Assembly: GCA_030141605.1 (NCBI GenBank)
Contig: JAQGDQ010000134.1
Coordinates: 186,001-250,000, forward strand
DNA length: 64,000 nt
From: Tubiluchus corallicola
Taxonomy: Eukaryota; Animalia; Priapulida
Direction of reading: 5' to 3'
The translations under genes were made by a program, and so were the position numbers. The number at the start of each line of letters is the position of its first letter. The stretch's first letter is position 1. This document shows, piece by piece, positions 25,667-38,588 of the stretch. The notes under the pieces are model-generated. The model searched no databases. It was given only the letters and a program-made list of their open reading frames with translations, and was not told the origin of the DNA.

Positions 25667-28436
25667 GGTTTTGATTGTATGTATATATGTATTTGATTAT
25701 GTATTTTATTTTGTTTTATTGATAATGAAATATGTTGTCAATAAAATTTAATAATAAATGGGCATGGGACATTTCAGCACAGGGACACTTGGGCATCAGA
25801 CATTTGCACATCAGTAAAATTAATGTAGTAACCGGTTTGTTTATTTTTGTTTATTAATTTTTTAACGACACGCGATTTTCTTAACAGAAATGTGAGTTAC
25901 AAGAAATCTGTTCACAGCAATATTTTGCGTTGATGCAACTAGTACACAATCAACTAGTATTATATCACTATAATGTTATAAGCACTGGGTGACAAACGTA
26001 GTTTAGAAAACACTGGGGTATAGTGCATTATTTAGTCATTTATACTAGCTGCCAACTCGAAAATAATTAGACTAGTTAAAGATCCAATAACGCATGTATA
26101 CTGTATAGGTATATTGCAGAGAATGCAATAATGGTAAGCAATTTTACTGCATATTTAGCGAAATGTAAAACAATCATGCAGCGTGCTCAGCAGCAGTGTT
26201 TTTTTACAATTACTTGATTCAGAACACCATTTATTGTTGTCATGTCCGTTTTTTTTCGTAAAAAAACAGAATGCAAAGTAACTCTATTGTGATGTCACGA
26301 TATTAAGAAACCGGTGAAAACTTATTACCTAAACCGCAAGAATAAGGACAGCAAAACAAACCTCTTTATAGAGTTAGTAGGCAAGTGCATAATCCAGCAA
26401 GAAAGATCGGATAGTTAATATTAGAAAAAGCAAGCAAAATTTGACGTATTTCTGATGCACAGTGCATATAGAAATGTTTAATGTTTCAATTGAACAGTGA
26501 ACACTGTTTGGAGAATGTGACTCATCAGTTACCTGATGTGTGCAGAACTGCAATAGATATGCATACGGAGAAGTAAATGAGTACGAACTGTTACATTAAC
26601 AGATTTGAGAAATAACTCTGCCCAAAATTCAACTTTAACAGAGAAAAGAAGTATCATTTCACATAAATGTCTAAAGGTCACAAAAAATATGATGCTTATT
26701 TTTTCTTCATTTCTCTTTTCTAAAATGCCTTTGAAACAGCCTAATAAAGCACCATTATTTTGAAACTGCTTATAATGAAATAGACGATACTGATACTAGA
26801 ACGTATTCTGAATTCGTTGATGGAATCCAACTTTCGAGATCTAAACATTTCACAAACGTCGCAAAAAGGCCTACATTGTCACGATCTGTATTGCACGTAC
26901 ATACGTGTTTCTATATAGGCCTAATCTACACAGCCTACGTAATGTTCTAGGAAATCCAGTGCATTGTGACTGTGAAGTGACGTGGATGGTTGAGATGGAT
27001 GATTCTCTCGAAGGAGGGGTTTGTGCCAGTCCACCAGAACTAGCTGGGACGGTAATCACAGACCTGCACGATGTCACTCTCACGTGTCATGGCATCACTT
27101 TGGCAGTGAGCAGTATCACCACGACCTTTGAAAGTATCACCGTCGGTTGGACTGTAAGACACCATCCTTACTACTTTACTTTCCATTCTTACTTTTTCAC
27201 AGCTCTGTTTTTTTAGTGAAAATAGTATGCTACTGTAATGTAACATAAGCATTACATAATATGCAATTATAAATATCTTGTTCTTTTAACTAGCTGTGCT
27301 TTGGTAACTGTTGCTATCTTTCAGCTGCTATGTGGCACTCGTGTCATCATTGTTATGTATTCATGTTAATACAGCAAGCTCTCACCAGAGTTAACTTCGG
27401 GTGAACTATAGCTGAGTGATCACGAAGTCCGCTTAACAGCCAAAGTTAAGCAATGTTAGTTTTAGCTAGTGGATGGAAGATCACCTGAAAAATTGCTTCT
27501 AAGCGGTTTCAGCTGCCACCAACTGTTTATGTCCTTGAGAAAACGTAGTCACCCCTTACAATTTGAGAAGACAATACATCTTATGGCTAAGACGCCATTA
27601 CCAGTTTAATATCTCAACTTAGATGATTATCCTTGATGACTCCAGTTGTTATTTTTGCCACCATCGCCATCGTCGTTTTACTGACATTTGTTAAAAATTC
27701 GTATTGCAGCATCGATTAGCTACACTTCCAATGGATAGTACGATGCAGTGTAAAAACATCTTTTTTAGAATCTAAATCACTGGCTAAAGGAAACTGTAAT
27801 AAAAATCCTGCCAATTAACTGATGTAAGAAAGGCTAAATGTGCGGTGATAACCATAGCTGTCTTATTATATCATTTTTCTGTTTATTTGTTTTTCATAGT
27901 TAAATGATGAAAGCAGCGAAGCACCAGTCTCATCATTTAAAATCGAGTACAATGAATATCCAAACTCCGAGGTAGATACCATTGTTATTGATGACCCTGC
28001 AATACGCAGTTATAAGATAGAAAACTTGATGCCAGCCATGCTGTACTCGGTATGCGTTACAGTGATCGATGAACAAGACAGACCATACACTGACTGTGCC
28101 AACATTATGACTACCATAGAAGAACCAGAACCTGAGACGGATGTGGTAATAATAGTCGTGACAGCAATCGTAGCCGTTGCCGGACTACTGTTACTGGAGC
28201 TGGTGATTTACTGTGCCTGCTGTCGTAGCAAGAACCAAGCAGACTTACCGGATAAGGAGGAACTTACAAACAGCCCGTATGCATATGACAACAGCGACAG
28301 CGACGCTTCCTCCGACAAAAAATCTATGCCAAGTTACTATGAAATACCAGCCGTGCAAAAGCAGCACTTACCAACTCAGACAGTTGTAAAAATGCCGCTA
28401 GAGAAAGATGACAGAACAATGTCAGAGAAGATGTAG
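22517..28436 (+). CDS. Signal peptide-LRR-LRRCT-FN3-transmembrane protein, copy A (807 aa)
   Basis: Exons 22517-22710, 23876-25365, 26951-27153, 27900-28436 (TAG), in phase. Hydrophobic signal peptide; LRRNT C-P..C-R-C..C; about 19-20 LxxLxLxxNxI repeats; LRRCT GNPVHCDC..C.SP.EL.G; FN3 (SITVGW..Y..ENLMPAMLYSVCV); TM VVIIVVTAIVAVAGLLLLELVIY; juxtamembrane CACC; short cytoplasmic tail. Confidence 0.92.
25630..25662. repeat. (TA)n microsatellite
   Basis: Direct observation; within an insertion specific to copy A intron 2. Confidence 0.9.
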
Positions 28437-30347
28437 TACAAAATACGTATCATGTTTGGTATATGTATTTGTTATTTACAAGTAATATAAAAAGAACTTA
28501 GATAATCTTGTAAAATTGTTTACAAACACTAAGATGAGGTGAAAGTAAGATTAATTGGCCACAAATACATAATCTAAACGCATTTGGTGAAATGATCTAA
28601 ACTTTTTATTAAAAGCTGTGTAAACTGATTTCTGAGTTTCATAAGTTACTATTAGAAATTAGAGTTGCTTTCTGTTCTACTGTCTTTTGCTGCAACAAGC
28701 AGTTTGTATATGAGAAGACACAGCTGGACACAGGCCAAAGTCCTGCATTTCGTTACGTAATTGTGCCGTGTAATATATTTCACAAAAAGTCTTTCAGTAA
28801 AAAAGTCATTGTGACAATATTTTCAAAGACTAAATGTAGACAAACAAATAGATGATTTAAGAAACTCAAAAGTGTTTTTTTATTATTAACAAATTAATTA
28901 AGAAACAATGATTTAACAAGATCGGGGGTTATCATGCTCATTAAATTCTCTAACCAGTTACCTAGAGTCATAATTTGACAAACGAAAGGAATTTTTGTTC
29001 TCATTTTTAATTTCTTGATTTGTTCTATCGAGTTTAACAGAACTGATTAACCGGTATCCATAGCCGTCGTACTAACACAGTACAGAATCCAAACCTAAAG
29101 AGCTTTCACATGAATTCTGTAAGCGAAGTAAAATATGTATGTATGCATTTTCAAAACTTTATGCATTTATGCAAGGATCTTTTTGTATCAGTGTTAGCCG
29201 ACGATTGTAAACAAGTTTTTGGGTATATGAAATTTACTATACATTTGTAGCGTGATTTTCACTATTTGCATACATTATCAGTTTGGACTTTAGCTTCCCA
29301 ATTAGCCTATATGCAGCAATTGCTACAATCTCCTACTATACCTTATCTCGTACTTTTATGGAGTTTTAGCTTATGTAAGAAATGAAACGCAGAGTTACAG
29401 TGAGTTACTGATTTTCAAGAAAACGAATGGCGAGCTTTAAATTAAGCATAGAGGTTTAGAGCTACCTAACAAAACGCTGGAAATGCACGTAAGATTACTC
29501 GACACATAGAGACATTGGACAATTTTAAAGCCAGAACGAAGTTTTCCAGTACACTTTTAAATTTGAAATAGTGCTACCACAGAAAACAAAAGTGACCAAA
29601 AAATCAAAACTAGTGCAAAAACCGCCGTGCGCCATTCGATCAATCAGGATGTATACCAGGTATATAGGCTACGTGTACTAGTAGTGATTGCTAGAAACCT
29701 ACTGTAGTACTCACTCACGGCACGTTTTTGCTGTTTCTAAAAATTTTTTAATAAAGTGATAAAATGCTTCTATATTTTAACAACAAATAATTTCGCTTAG
29801 TTACATATATTATTAATAATAAGAAAATGGTGTTCTAGAATTGTATTAAGCAATTTTCAGGGCAATGTTTCCCCCCACACTTAACTTCTTCTACATGGAA
29901 TTTTCTGCATTGTCCTCAGCTTTAACTTTTAACATGAACCGAGTAGACTCCAACCCAAGAGTGCTCAAAGAGTCCCTTATTCTCGTTGACCATCATTATT
30001 ACCACTACCACCATCATTATCATCGTCACCACTGTCAGTATCATCGTCATCATCATTACCAGGCTGACAGCGCTACTGCTATTACTAAAACATGTTGCTG
30101 TCATCAGCAACAATAAGATCACCACCATCGACACTGCTATCATCATCTTCATCATCACCAACGTCAGCATCATCATGTCATTAGAATTTTACGAAGAAAT
30201 GCAGAAGATATCACAGGAAAAATGCAGGAGAGCCGCCTAAGGAGAGAAACACAACAAATAGCTGAGACAAAAAAGTGCCTAGGCTTTATATCTCACATAT
30301 AATCTTAATTATTTTAGCAATCACGAAAATTGACGTTTCGTGTGATG

Positions 30348-31153
30348 CAGGGCTCTACTACGTAGTTTGACGCCCTAGCAGAAGTATTTTAGTGCGGCTA
30401 TAGCGCCCTAAACGGTCAACGGTCTCAACGGTCAACCCTTTCCACACGGCAACCTACCAGACCTCCAAAATTGATTTATTTATGATAACGTATAACGGCA
30501 CCTATGTATATCGCCCATACATGTGTTCTATGGTGTACTAATTAAGTGTAGTTAATTACTCCATTACACGGCCAGGATCTTCAGAAAGAATTCCTGTATT
30601 CACGCATACACCCATTTCATTTGCTTCCTCATCTTCACAACCGTAACTCTGCTCTGGTTCAAATACATCAATAGCGAGTCTTCTTGCGCTTCAATGTCGC
30701 CACATCTCCAGCTTTTTTCGACTTATAGGTTTATCTGCTATTACTAGATAAATGCTTTTGTAAGAAACTGTTTTATTAACGCAAAGATGTAAACACTTCC
30801 TTAGCTCTTCAGTTCCGTACACGCAACAGAAACTACCGGCGAAAATCAGAGACACGCGTCTGAGTGAATTGACATAATCTTAGGAAACCAGATAAAGCAA
30901 AAGTAGAGTGTTTTTGCGGGAAGACATTTGTTAGCGTCCATGAATTATACAAGCGTCAATTTGGCAGGAAAATAATGTATCTAGTTCGTTTCATTTAATT
31001 AAAATGTTGTGTACTTAAGCAATTACACGCACGCACACATACACACACGCACACACGCACGCACACACACACACACACATTTACACATTACTTATGCTAA
31101 ACTTAAAAATTAAAGAATTGGCGCCCTAGGGGACTGCCTAGTGGTAGAGCCTC
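30348..31153. mobile_element. hAT-like non-autonomous element upstream of LRR copy B
   Basis: Termini CAGGGCTCTACTA / TGGTAGAGCCTC with GCGCCCTAG subterminal motifs and partial TSD GATG. Absent from the paralogous copy A site (TTTCGTGTGATG|TATTAA at ~22355-22372). Contains a (CA)n tract at ~31026-31080. Confidence 0.8.
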
Positions 31154-31391
31154 GATGTATTAACCAATCAATCTTAACATAAGTGAATTGACACGACTGC
31201 CAGTTCTAGTCTTAGCAGTGATAAGTAAATTTGTACGAGTCAATAAACGTCCATGGGTAGGCCAAGCAAATATCACTAAAAGTTTGCACAGATTTGGCAA
31301 ACATTGTCACTGCAATTAACTTTAATATTGGATCGGTACATGTAACAGGTACAACAAATTGCAAAAAGTGTAATCTATAGTAGTGAACACG

Positions 31392-34300
31392 ATGAAGCCA
31401 ACTTTTACAGTTTCTGCAATTATTTTTGCTCTTTTTCGTCTGATTTGCGGACAAAACTGTCCAGATAACGTGGACACGGACAGCGCACCATGCAGATGTT
31501 ACGAGTACAGTACGTCAGAGGTGAACATTTACTGTGAGAGAACGGGTTTGGACCAAGTCTTAGATCTGCTCAGTGGGTTAGTGTATTTAATACGAATATA
31601 TACGAATATCACAGCAGAAGTTGCTGAAAACTTCATACATCTAGAAGTAAAGCTGATGCAGTTGTCCACTTAATCCCTTTATATTCTGCAAGCGGTGTAG
31701 CAAAGAAGTTTGAGACTACCAGAATATTTTTAAAAGTATATTTTTCTAGCAATCAGCAAAAATATTCACCACTAATACTGGTGGCCTAATGTAAGCACAC
31801 TTTATAGACCTCCAGCATCAGGTGTTAGTGTAATTTTGGGATATTACCTTTGTATTTATTATGCATCTGATTTTTGACGTACAGTAAAAGTGAGTGTTTA
31901 TATGAAATGGAATTAATTAATTAATGAAAAGTAAGTTTTTTTATTTCATATTCAATGCTTATTGAGGTTTTGCGGATGAGTTTCTCTACAAAATGCCTTT
32001 CCCAATTCACTGTTTCATCTAAGTGAATTTCTTTGATAATTACTTAAGCTTTAATCTTGAAATATCCATCAATACTAAATAGGGCCTGTTGAGTGCTCAG
32101 TCTGGCTTGCAGAGTACCAAACAGAACAAAAAATCCGTAGGCGTTCCCCGCATTTTCAAGGGGCAAACCATTTCCATTTGGCCTAGTGGAAAATGTTGAA
32201 CAAAACCGTTCATCATTGCTTTCCAGTTTTGCAACTGAAATTGATTTTCTAAATACTAAAATAATATTTGTGGAAATATTGTAAGCGTTTTCGAAAAGAC
32301 CTTTATTCGGTAAGATATTAAGGTTTGTAAAAAATATAACTTGACTCTTACCAACTAACTACATTACAAATTCTATACAATATCCGGAATTTGTTTTTCT
32401 GATTGCCCTTACTCGAAAAATAAATTAATCGGAGGATGGAAACTGACATGAATGAACCTTGACCCACATGTTTAAAAAATGGAATGATATATGTTGCTAA
32501 CAATGCATAACTACTCCAATGAGATAAATACATGGAAGGGCATGACAGATGAAACTGCCCAGAAACAGTTTCCTCAGCAGTCACGCATCCACAACCAGAT
32601 CCAGTGCTGCTTAACTTCGTATAAAGATTATGACTGTAACACAAAGCTTGTAAAATGGTTGCAAAGTCAGTCATATAGGTATATGTCATTATGTATATCT
32701 TCACAAACCTGGCGTATTAATATATAAACATTTTAATATTTCAGGTATAAATTTCGAATGCGAACACTCGCCATCACGGAAGCCAATATACCAACGTTGA
32801 CAGACAATGCATTTGCTGGTCTCAACATCAATACTCTCAGTCTTTATGACTGTGGAATTGAAGAAATAGAAGTTAATGCATTTGCCGGGCTGGTACTGGA
32901 AACCCTGGAACTTGGCAGTAATAAGCTGAGTCATATCCCAATAGAGGCTCTGTCTAGCCAGAACAGACTGAAACATTTAGACCTTTCTGGCAACCTGATG
33001 GTTGAGATACCCAGCAAGGTTTTCAACAGTTCAGGCAAACACTTCGAGCGTCTTGGACGCATCAGCTTCACGCACAATCAGATTACCACACTAGAAACTG
33101 ACACGTTTGTAGGTCTTGAGCCAGATTTGGATGAAGTCCATCTGTACAGCAACAAGATTGATGCAATAGAAACAGGTGCCTTCAATGCACAAAATAGACT
33201 GTTCTTCATATTTCTTGATGATAATGAACTGACGAGTGTCTCAGAGAACATGTGGGAAGGGCTTGGACTGACCGTCTGGTTACACTTGTCGGATAATAAA
33301 ATTACGGACGTACCACGCTCGTCTTTTCCGACTTTCATCAACAACCTAGACCTTCATGGAAACAGGATAACCAAACTTGGTGCCAGAACGTTTGCAAATC
33401 AATTACTCAACGGTGTGATAGATCTTAGCAATAACATGATCAATAGCATAGATAAAAACGCATTTGCCCGAAATATACCATTCGAATTAATCAGTCCAGC
33501 TCACGTATTCCTACAGAATAATGAATTGACTTCCATAGAAGATGAAACCTTTAAACACACGAAACAACTCTATGAGATTAACCTTAGTGCAAATAAGCTA
33601 ACAAAGATCTCTACAAAATTCTTTACTGGGGCAGACAGAATAGGCTTTGTTAACTTTCAGGATAATGAAATTACTGACATCGAAGCAGGTGCTTTTGAAA
33701 ATAAAGGACGCCTGCACCATCTTTTCCTCACTCGCAACCAACTGATGGAGATTGACAATAGCACATTTGCCTCAACTCCTGGCCTGCGGCAATTACATCT
33801 GGGGGAGAATCAGATTACATCCATACACGAAGATGCCTTTAGTGGTATCAACCATTTAGGTATTCTGTTCCTCAGTGATAACAAACTGACTGCCTTAGAC
33901 AGAAAGACATTCACTTCTTCTGCGAATTCCATCCAACAACTCTGGCTGCAAAATAACAAGCTTGACGACACCATCTGGGCTGCACTTACAGACATAACAT
34001 GGAGTCTTTGGGACATAGATCTCAGTAACAATTCACTGCACGCAATACCTGATCATGCTTTTAACGACAAGGAACAGCTGAATCATGTGTTACTCAGTAA
34101 CAACAAGATTTCTAGTGTTGGCAGTGGAGCATTTCGTAGTCATCTAGTAGTGGACTTGACCAACAACAACCTTTCCACAGTGAAGGCTTCAAGTTTTCTT
34201 TACGGACACTCTCCAGAGCGGTTACTACTGGAAGGTTAGTAGTTTATTACTGTCTAGAAATTTTCAGAAAAATATTATGAAAATTTTCAAGAAATCAGAT

Positions 34301-37300
34301 AAAAACACAGCAATCTAATTAACGAGGACAGTTACCAAGGGTGACATATGGCATTTGGGCATGGGAGTCGGGACACTTACACGCAAGGCACTTGCATTGG
34401 AAAGGAACATTTGAAAACTGGGACCTTGGGCACGAGATATCTGAGCACTAGTAAAATTTAACAGGGTACCCAATTGTTTTACTTTTGTTCATTAAAATTT
34501 TAATGACCTTGCTACTTTCTTAAGAGAAACGTGCACTAATTCAACTAGTACAACAATCAACTAGTATTATATCGCAATAAAATCATATACACTGAGCGCT
34601 AGGGGTAATTTAGAACACACTGAGGTAAAATTTGTTGTTTAGTCATTTATACTAGCTGCCAATTTGAAAACAACTGGACTAGTTAATGAGCCAATGAGGC
34701 ATGCACAGGCATATTGCATAGAATGCAATAATGGTAAGCATTTTACTGCATCTTTTGCAAAATGCAAGATAATTGCCCAGCAGCAGTGTTTTTACAATTA
34801 CTTGCGTACTTTAAAACTGCCTGGATATGCCATTCAGAACACCACTTACAGTTGTCGTAGGTCCGCTTTTCCGTAAAAAAGAATTAGAATGCATAGTAGA
34901 AAATATTGTGATGTCACAATATTAAAAAAACTAATAAAAACTTATCACCTAAACAAAAAGAATAAGGACAGCAAAACAAACCTCTTTATAGAATTACTAA
35001 ACATGTGCATAACCGAACAGAAAAGATTGGACAGTTAAAATTAGGAAAAACAAGCAAAATTTGACGCATTTCTGATGTGCCGTGCATATAAAAATTTTGC
35101 GATGTTTCACGTTTTAATCGAATAGTAAACAATATTTCAATAGCGTCCAATTATCTGATGAGTGCAGGTAGATATGTATAAGGATAAGAATAGACAAACG
35201 GAAAGGAATACGAAGTGTTAGATAAATAGAAGTGAGAAGTAACTCTGCCCAAAATTTCACTTTAACAGAGGAAAGAAGTATTTCACTTAAGTGACTGAAG
35301 GTTACAAAAATGGTTATTCATTTCTTCTTTCTGAGACACTTTTCAAAAAACCTAATAATGCGCCATCATTTTAAGGCAGTTTATCATGAAATAGGGAACA
35401 GATTTTGAATTGGTTGACGGAATCCAGACATTCGAGATGTAAGCATTTCACAAACGTAGCAAAAAGACATATAAACGTATTTATAAACTACATAATGTTC
35501 TAGGAAATCCTGTACATTGTGATTGCGAAGTGATGTGGATGGTTGAGATGGATGATTCTCTCGAAGGAGGGGTTTGCTCCAGTCCACCAGAACTAGCTGG
35601 GACGGTAATCACTGACCTGCACGGCGTCACTCTCACATGTCACGACATCACTTTGGAAATGAGCAGTATCACCACGACCTTTGAAAGTATCACCGTCAGT
35701 TGGACTGTAAGACATAATCCTTACTACTTTACTTTCCATCCTTACTACTTGACAACTCAGTTACATTACTGAAAATAGTGTGCTATTCTAATGTAATGCG
35801 TTTACAAGCACTACATATGCAATTACATCTTGTTCATTTAATTTGTGCCGTGTTAGTTGTTGCTGTCTGTAAGCAGCTGCTGCTGTGTGGCACTGGCATC
35901 ATCATTGTCATGTATTCATGTTAATACAGCAAGCTCTCACCAGAGTTAGCTTCGGGTGACAACAGCCGAGTGTCATGGTGTGTGCTTAGCAGCCAAAGTT
36001 AAGCAAAGTTAGTTCTAGCTAGCGGATGGAAGACCACCCAAAAATTGCTTTTGAACGGTTTCAGCTGCCACATAATGCCTCCAACTGTTTATATCCTTGA
36101 GAGAACGTAATTTGAGAGGACAATACATCTTATGGCTAAGACACCTCTGCCTGTTCAATATCTCATCTTAGAGGATTATCCTTGATGAGATAGATTCCAG
36201 TCCTGCCACACTGAATGCTGGAAACTGCCTTGAAGAGTGTCAAACTGTTAAAAAAATGATTGCAGTTGGACTTAGGGCAAATTTGTGAAATGATAGTTTG
36301 CTAGTTGGACAGGTTATTTTAATTTTAGCCACCATTAAATGTGCAGCAAGAAATTCACATAAGTTAATATTGTGCTTATTAGTTACTTTTTCACTGGAAA
36401 TCTCAGTGATACTTTACAGCACAATATAAAAATAGCATGGTTGTTATTGCTGCCGTCATTGCTATTGTCGTTTCACTGACACTTGTCAAAATTCGTATTC
36501 TAGCCACCTGTAGCCGCAACAACGTACTTCCAGTGAATAGTATGATATCTCTACATGAATAATATGATACAGCATAAAAACATCTTTTTTAAAATCTAAA
36601 TTATTGGCTAAAGGAATCTGCAAAAAAATACTAAAATATAATAATAAAAAGCCATAAGATGTGTGAGAGGCTTTTACATAGGTTTCCTTATAAACCTGTT
36701 GGCCAATCATTTAGTACTATTAAACGATTTAAGATGTCCGTGTATGTATTGTACTAATAAATAAAGTTTAAACCAATAAAAATCCTACTAACTAACACGT
36801 AAGAAAAGGCTAAGTTTGCATTGAAGGTCTTACCTGCTTTTTTGTTTTTCACAGTTAAATGACGAAAGCGGCGAAGCACCAGTCTCATCATTTAAAATCG
36901 AGTACAATGAATATCCAAACTCCGAGGTAGAAACCATTGTTATTGATGACCCTGCAATACGCAGTTATAAGATAGAAAACTTGATGCCAGCCATGCTGTA
37001 CTCGGTATGTGTTACAGTGATCGATGAACAAGACAGATCATACACTGACTGTGCCAACATTATGACTACCATAGAAGAACCAGAACCTGAGACGGACGTA
37101 ATAGCAATAGTCGTGACTGCAGTCGTAGCCGTTGCGGGACTACTGTTACTACAGCTGGTTATTTACTGTGCCTGCTGTCGCAGTGAGAAGCAAGCAGACT
37201 TACAAGATAAAGAGGAACTTACACAGAACCCATATGCATATGACAACAGTGGTAGCGACGCTTCCTCCGACAAAAAATCTATGCCAAGTTACTATGAAAT

Positions 37301-37391
37301 ACCAGCCGTGCAAAAGCAGCACTTACCAACTCAGACAGTTGTAAAAATGCCGCTAGAGAAAGATGACAGAACAATGTCAGAGAAGATGTAG
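31392..37391 (+). CDS. Signal peptide-LRR-LRRCT-FN3-transmembrane protein, copy B (804 aa)
   Basis: Exons 31392-31576, 32745-34234, 35504-35706, 36855-37391 (TAG). Exons 2-4 have the same lengths as copy A (1490/203/537 nt). I count 25 amino-acid differences in the ~493-aa LRR exon. Confidence 0.92.
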
Positions 37392-38588
37392 TACAAAATA
37401 TGTATCATGTTTGGTATATGTATTTGTTATTTACAAGTAATATAAAAAGAACTTAGATAATTTTGTAAAACTGTTTACAAACACTAAGATGAGGTGAAAG
37501 TGGGGATAATTTGCCAATTTGATGAAATGATCTAAACTCTTTATTAAAAGCTGTGTAAACTAATTTTCTTAGTTTTGGAAGTTACTATAAGAAATTAGAG
37601 TTGTTTTCCGTTAAACTGCATTTTGCTGCATCAGCAGTTTGTACATGAGAAAACAGCTGGACAAATGCCAAATTCACACCTATAAATGTTTGACCAGTAC
37701 TGGGCAGAAGTAAAATATTATGCTAAATAGATGATTTTTTTAATATTTCAAGTTTAAGTGCAAAAAGCACTTAAACCTGCATTTTGTTACACAATTGTGC
37801 CGTTTAATGTGTCATAAATTTAAGTAAAGTTTTTTGGTAAAAAACCAATGTAAACAATTTTTTTCAAAAACTAAATATAAACAAACAAATAGATGGTTTA
37901 AGTAACTCAAAAGTATTTTTCTATTATTTACAGAACAAATTAATTAAGAAATAACGATTTAACAAGATCAGCTGCTATCATACTCAATAAATTCTGTAAC
38001 CACCTACCTAAAATCATAATTTGAGTATGCGAATACTTCTGCTATTATAAATGAAGTGAACTACAAATTACGCTCAACATGTCATAAACAGGCATATTTT
38101 GGGCAGCAGCTGATTACTGCCGCAAGTACCAGACATCTGCGGCATTTATATATAAAGAATTGCATCCAATTAGTAACAGTAATAGAACAGTTTCATTTAT
38201 ACGAAGTACTTCATAACAAAAATGACGTATTAGTTTTACTCTTAAATACATTTAACTGTTTTTGAACGTTATTTACTAATTTTTTGTATGGTAAGCATCA
38301 CAGCATAGTTTTACTATTAAAAGCAAATCATTCAAATTATGTGTAATCTGTTGCGGTTTTTCGTTTACAAGTCGCTTAACATTACAAATATGTTAAAATA
38401 ATGCCGTAAGTAGTTGAACTTTCTCCATAATGCAGATTAGTGCCATCAAACTTCAAAGACACAAAACATGTATTACTGCCAAGATGCACAGAAGTTACAG
38501 GTGAAAAAAAGAGTTTTGCACAATGTGTATTAGATATAACATAATGTGACAGTCCTACTTGTATCTTTCACTGTTTCTGGCAGCACAT

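Noticed and set aside
29865-30240. His-rich, Met-rich and Ile-rich ORFs
   Set aside because: Translations of a degenerate (CAT)n tract whose paralogue upstream of copy A is not frame-conserved.
37225-37245. NPxY or ITIM motif in the LRR cytoplasmic tail
   Set aside because: The sequence is NPYAY (copy B only) and PSYYEI; neither fits the strict NPxY or ITIM consensus.
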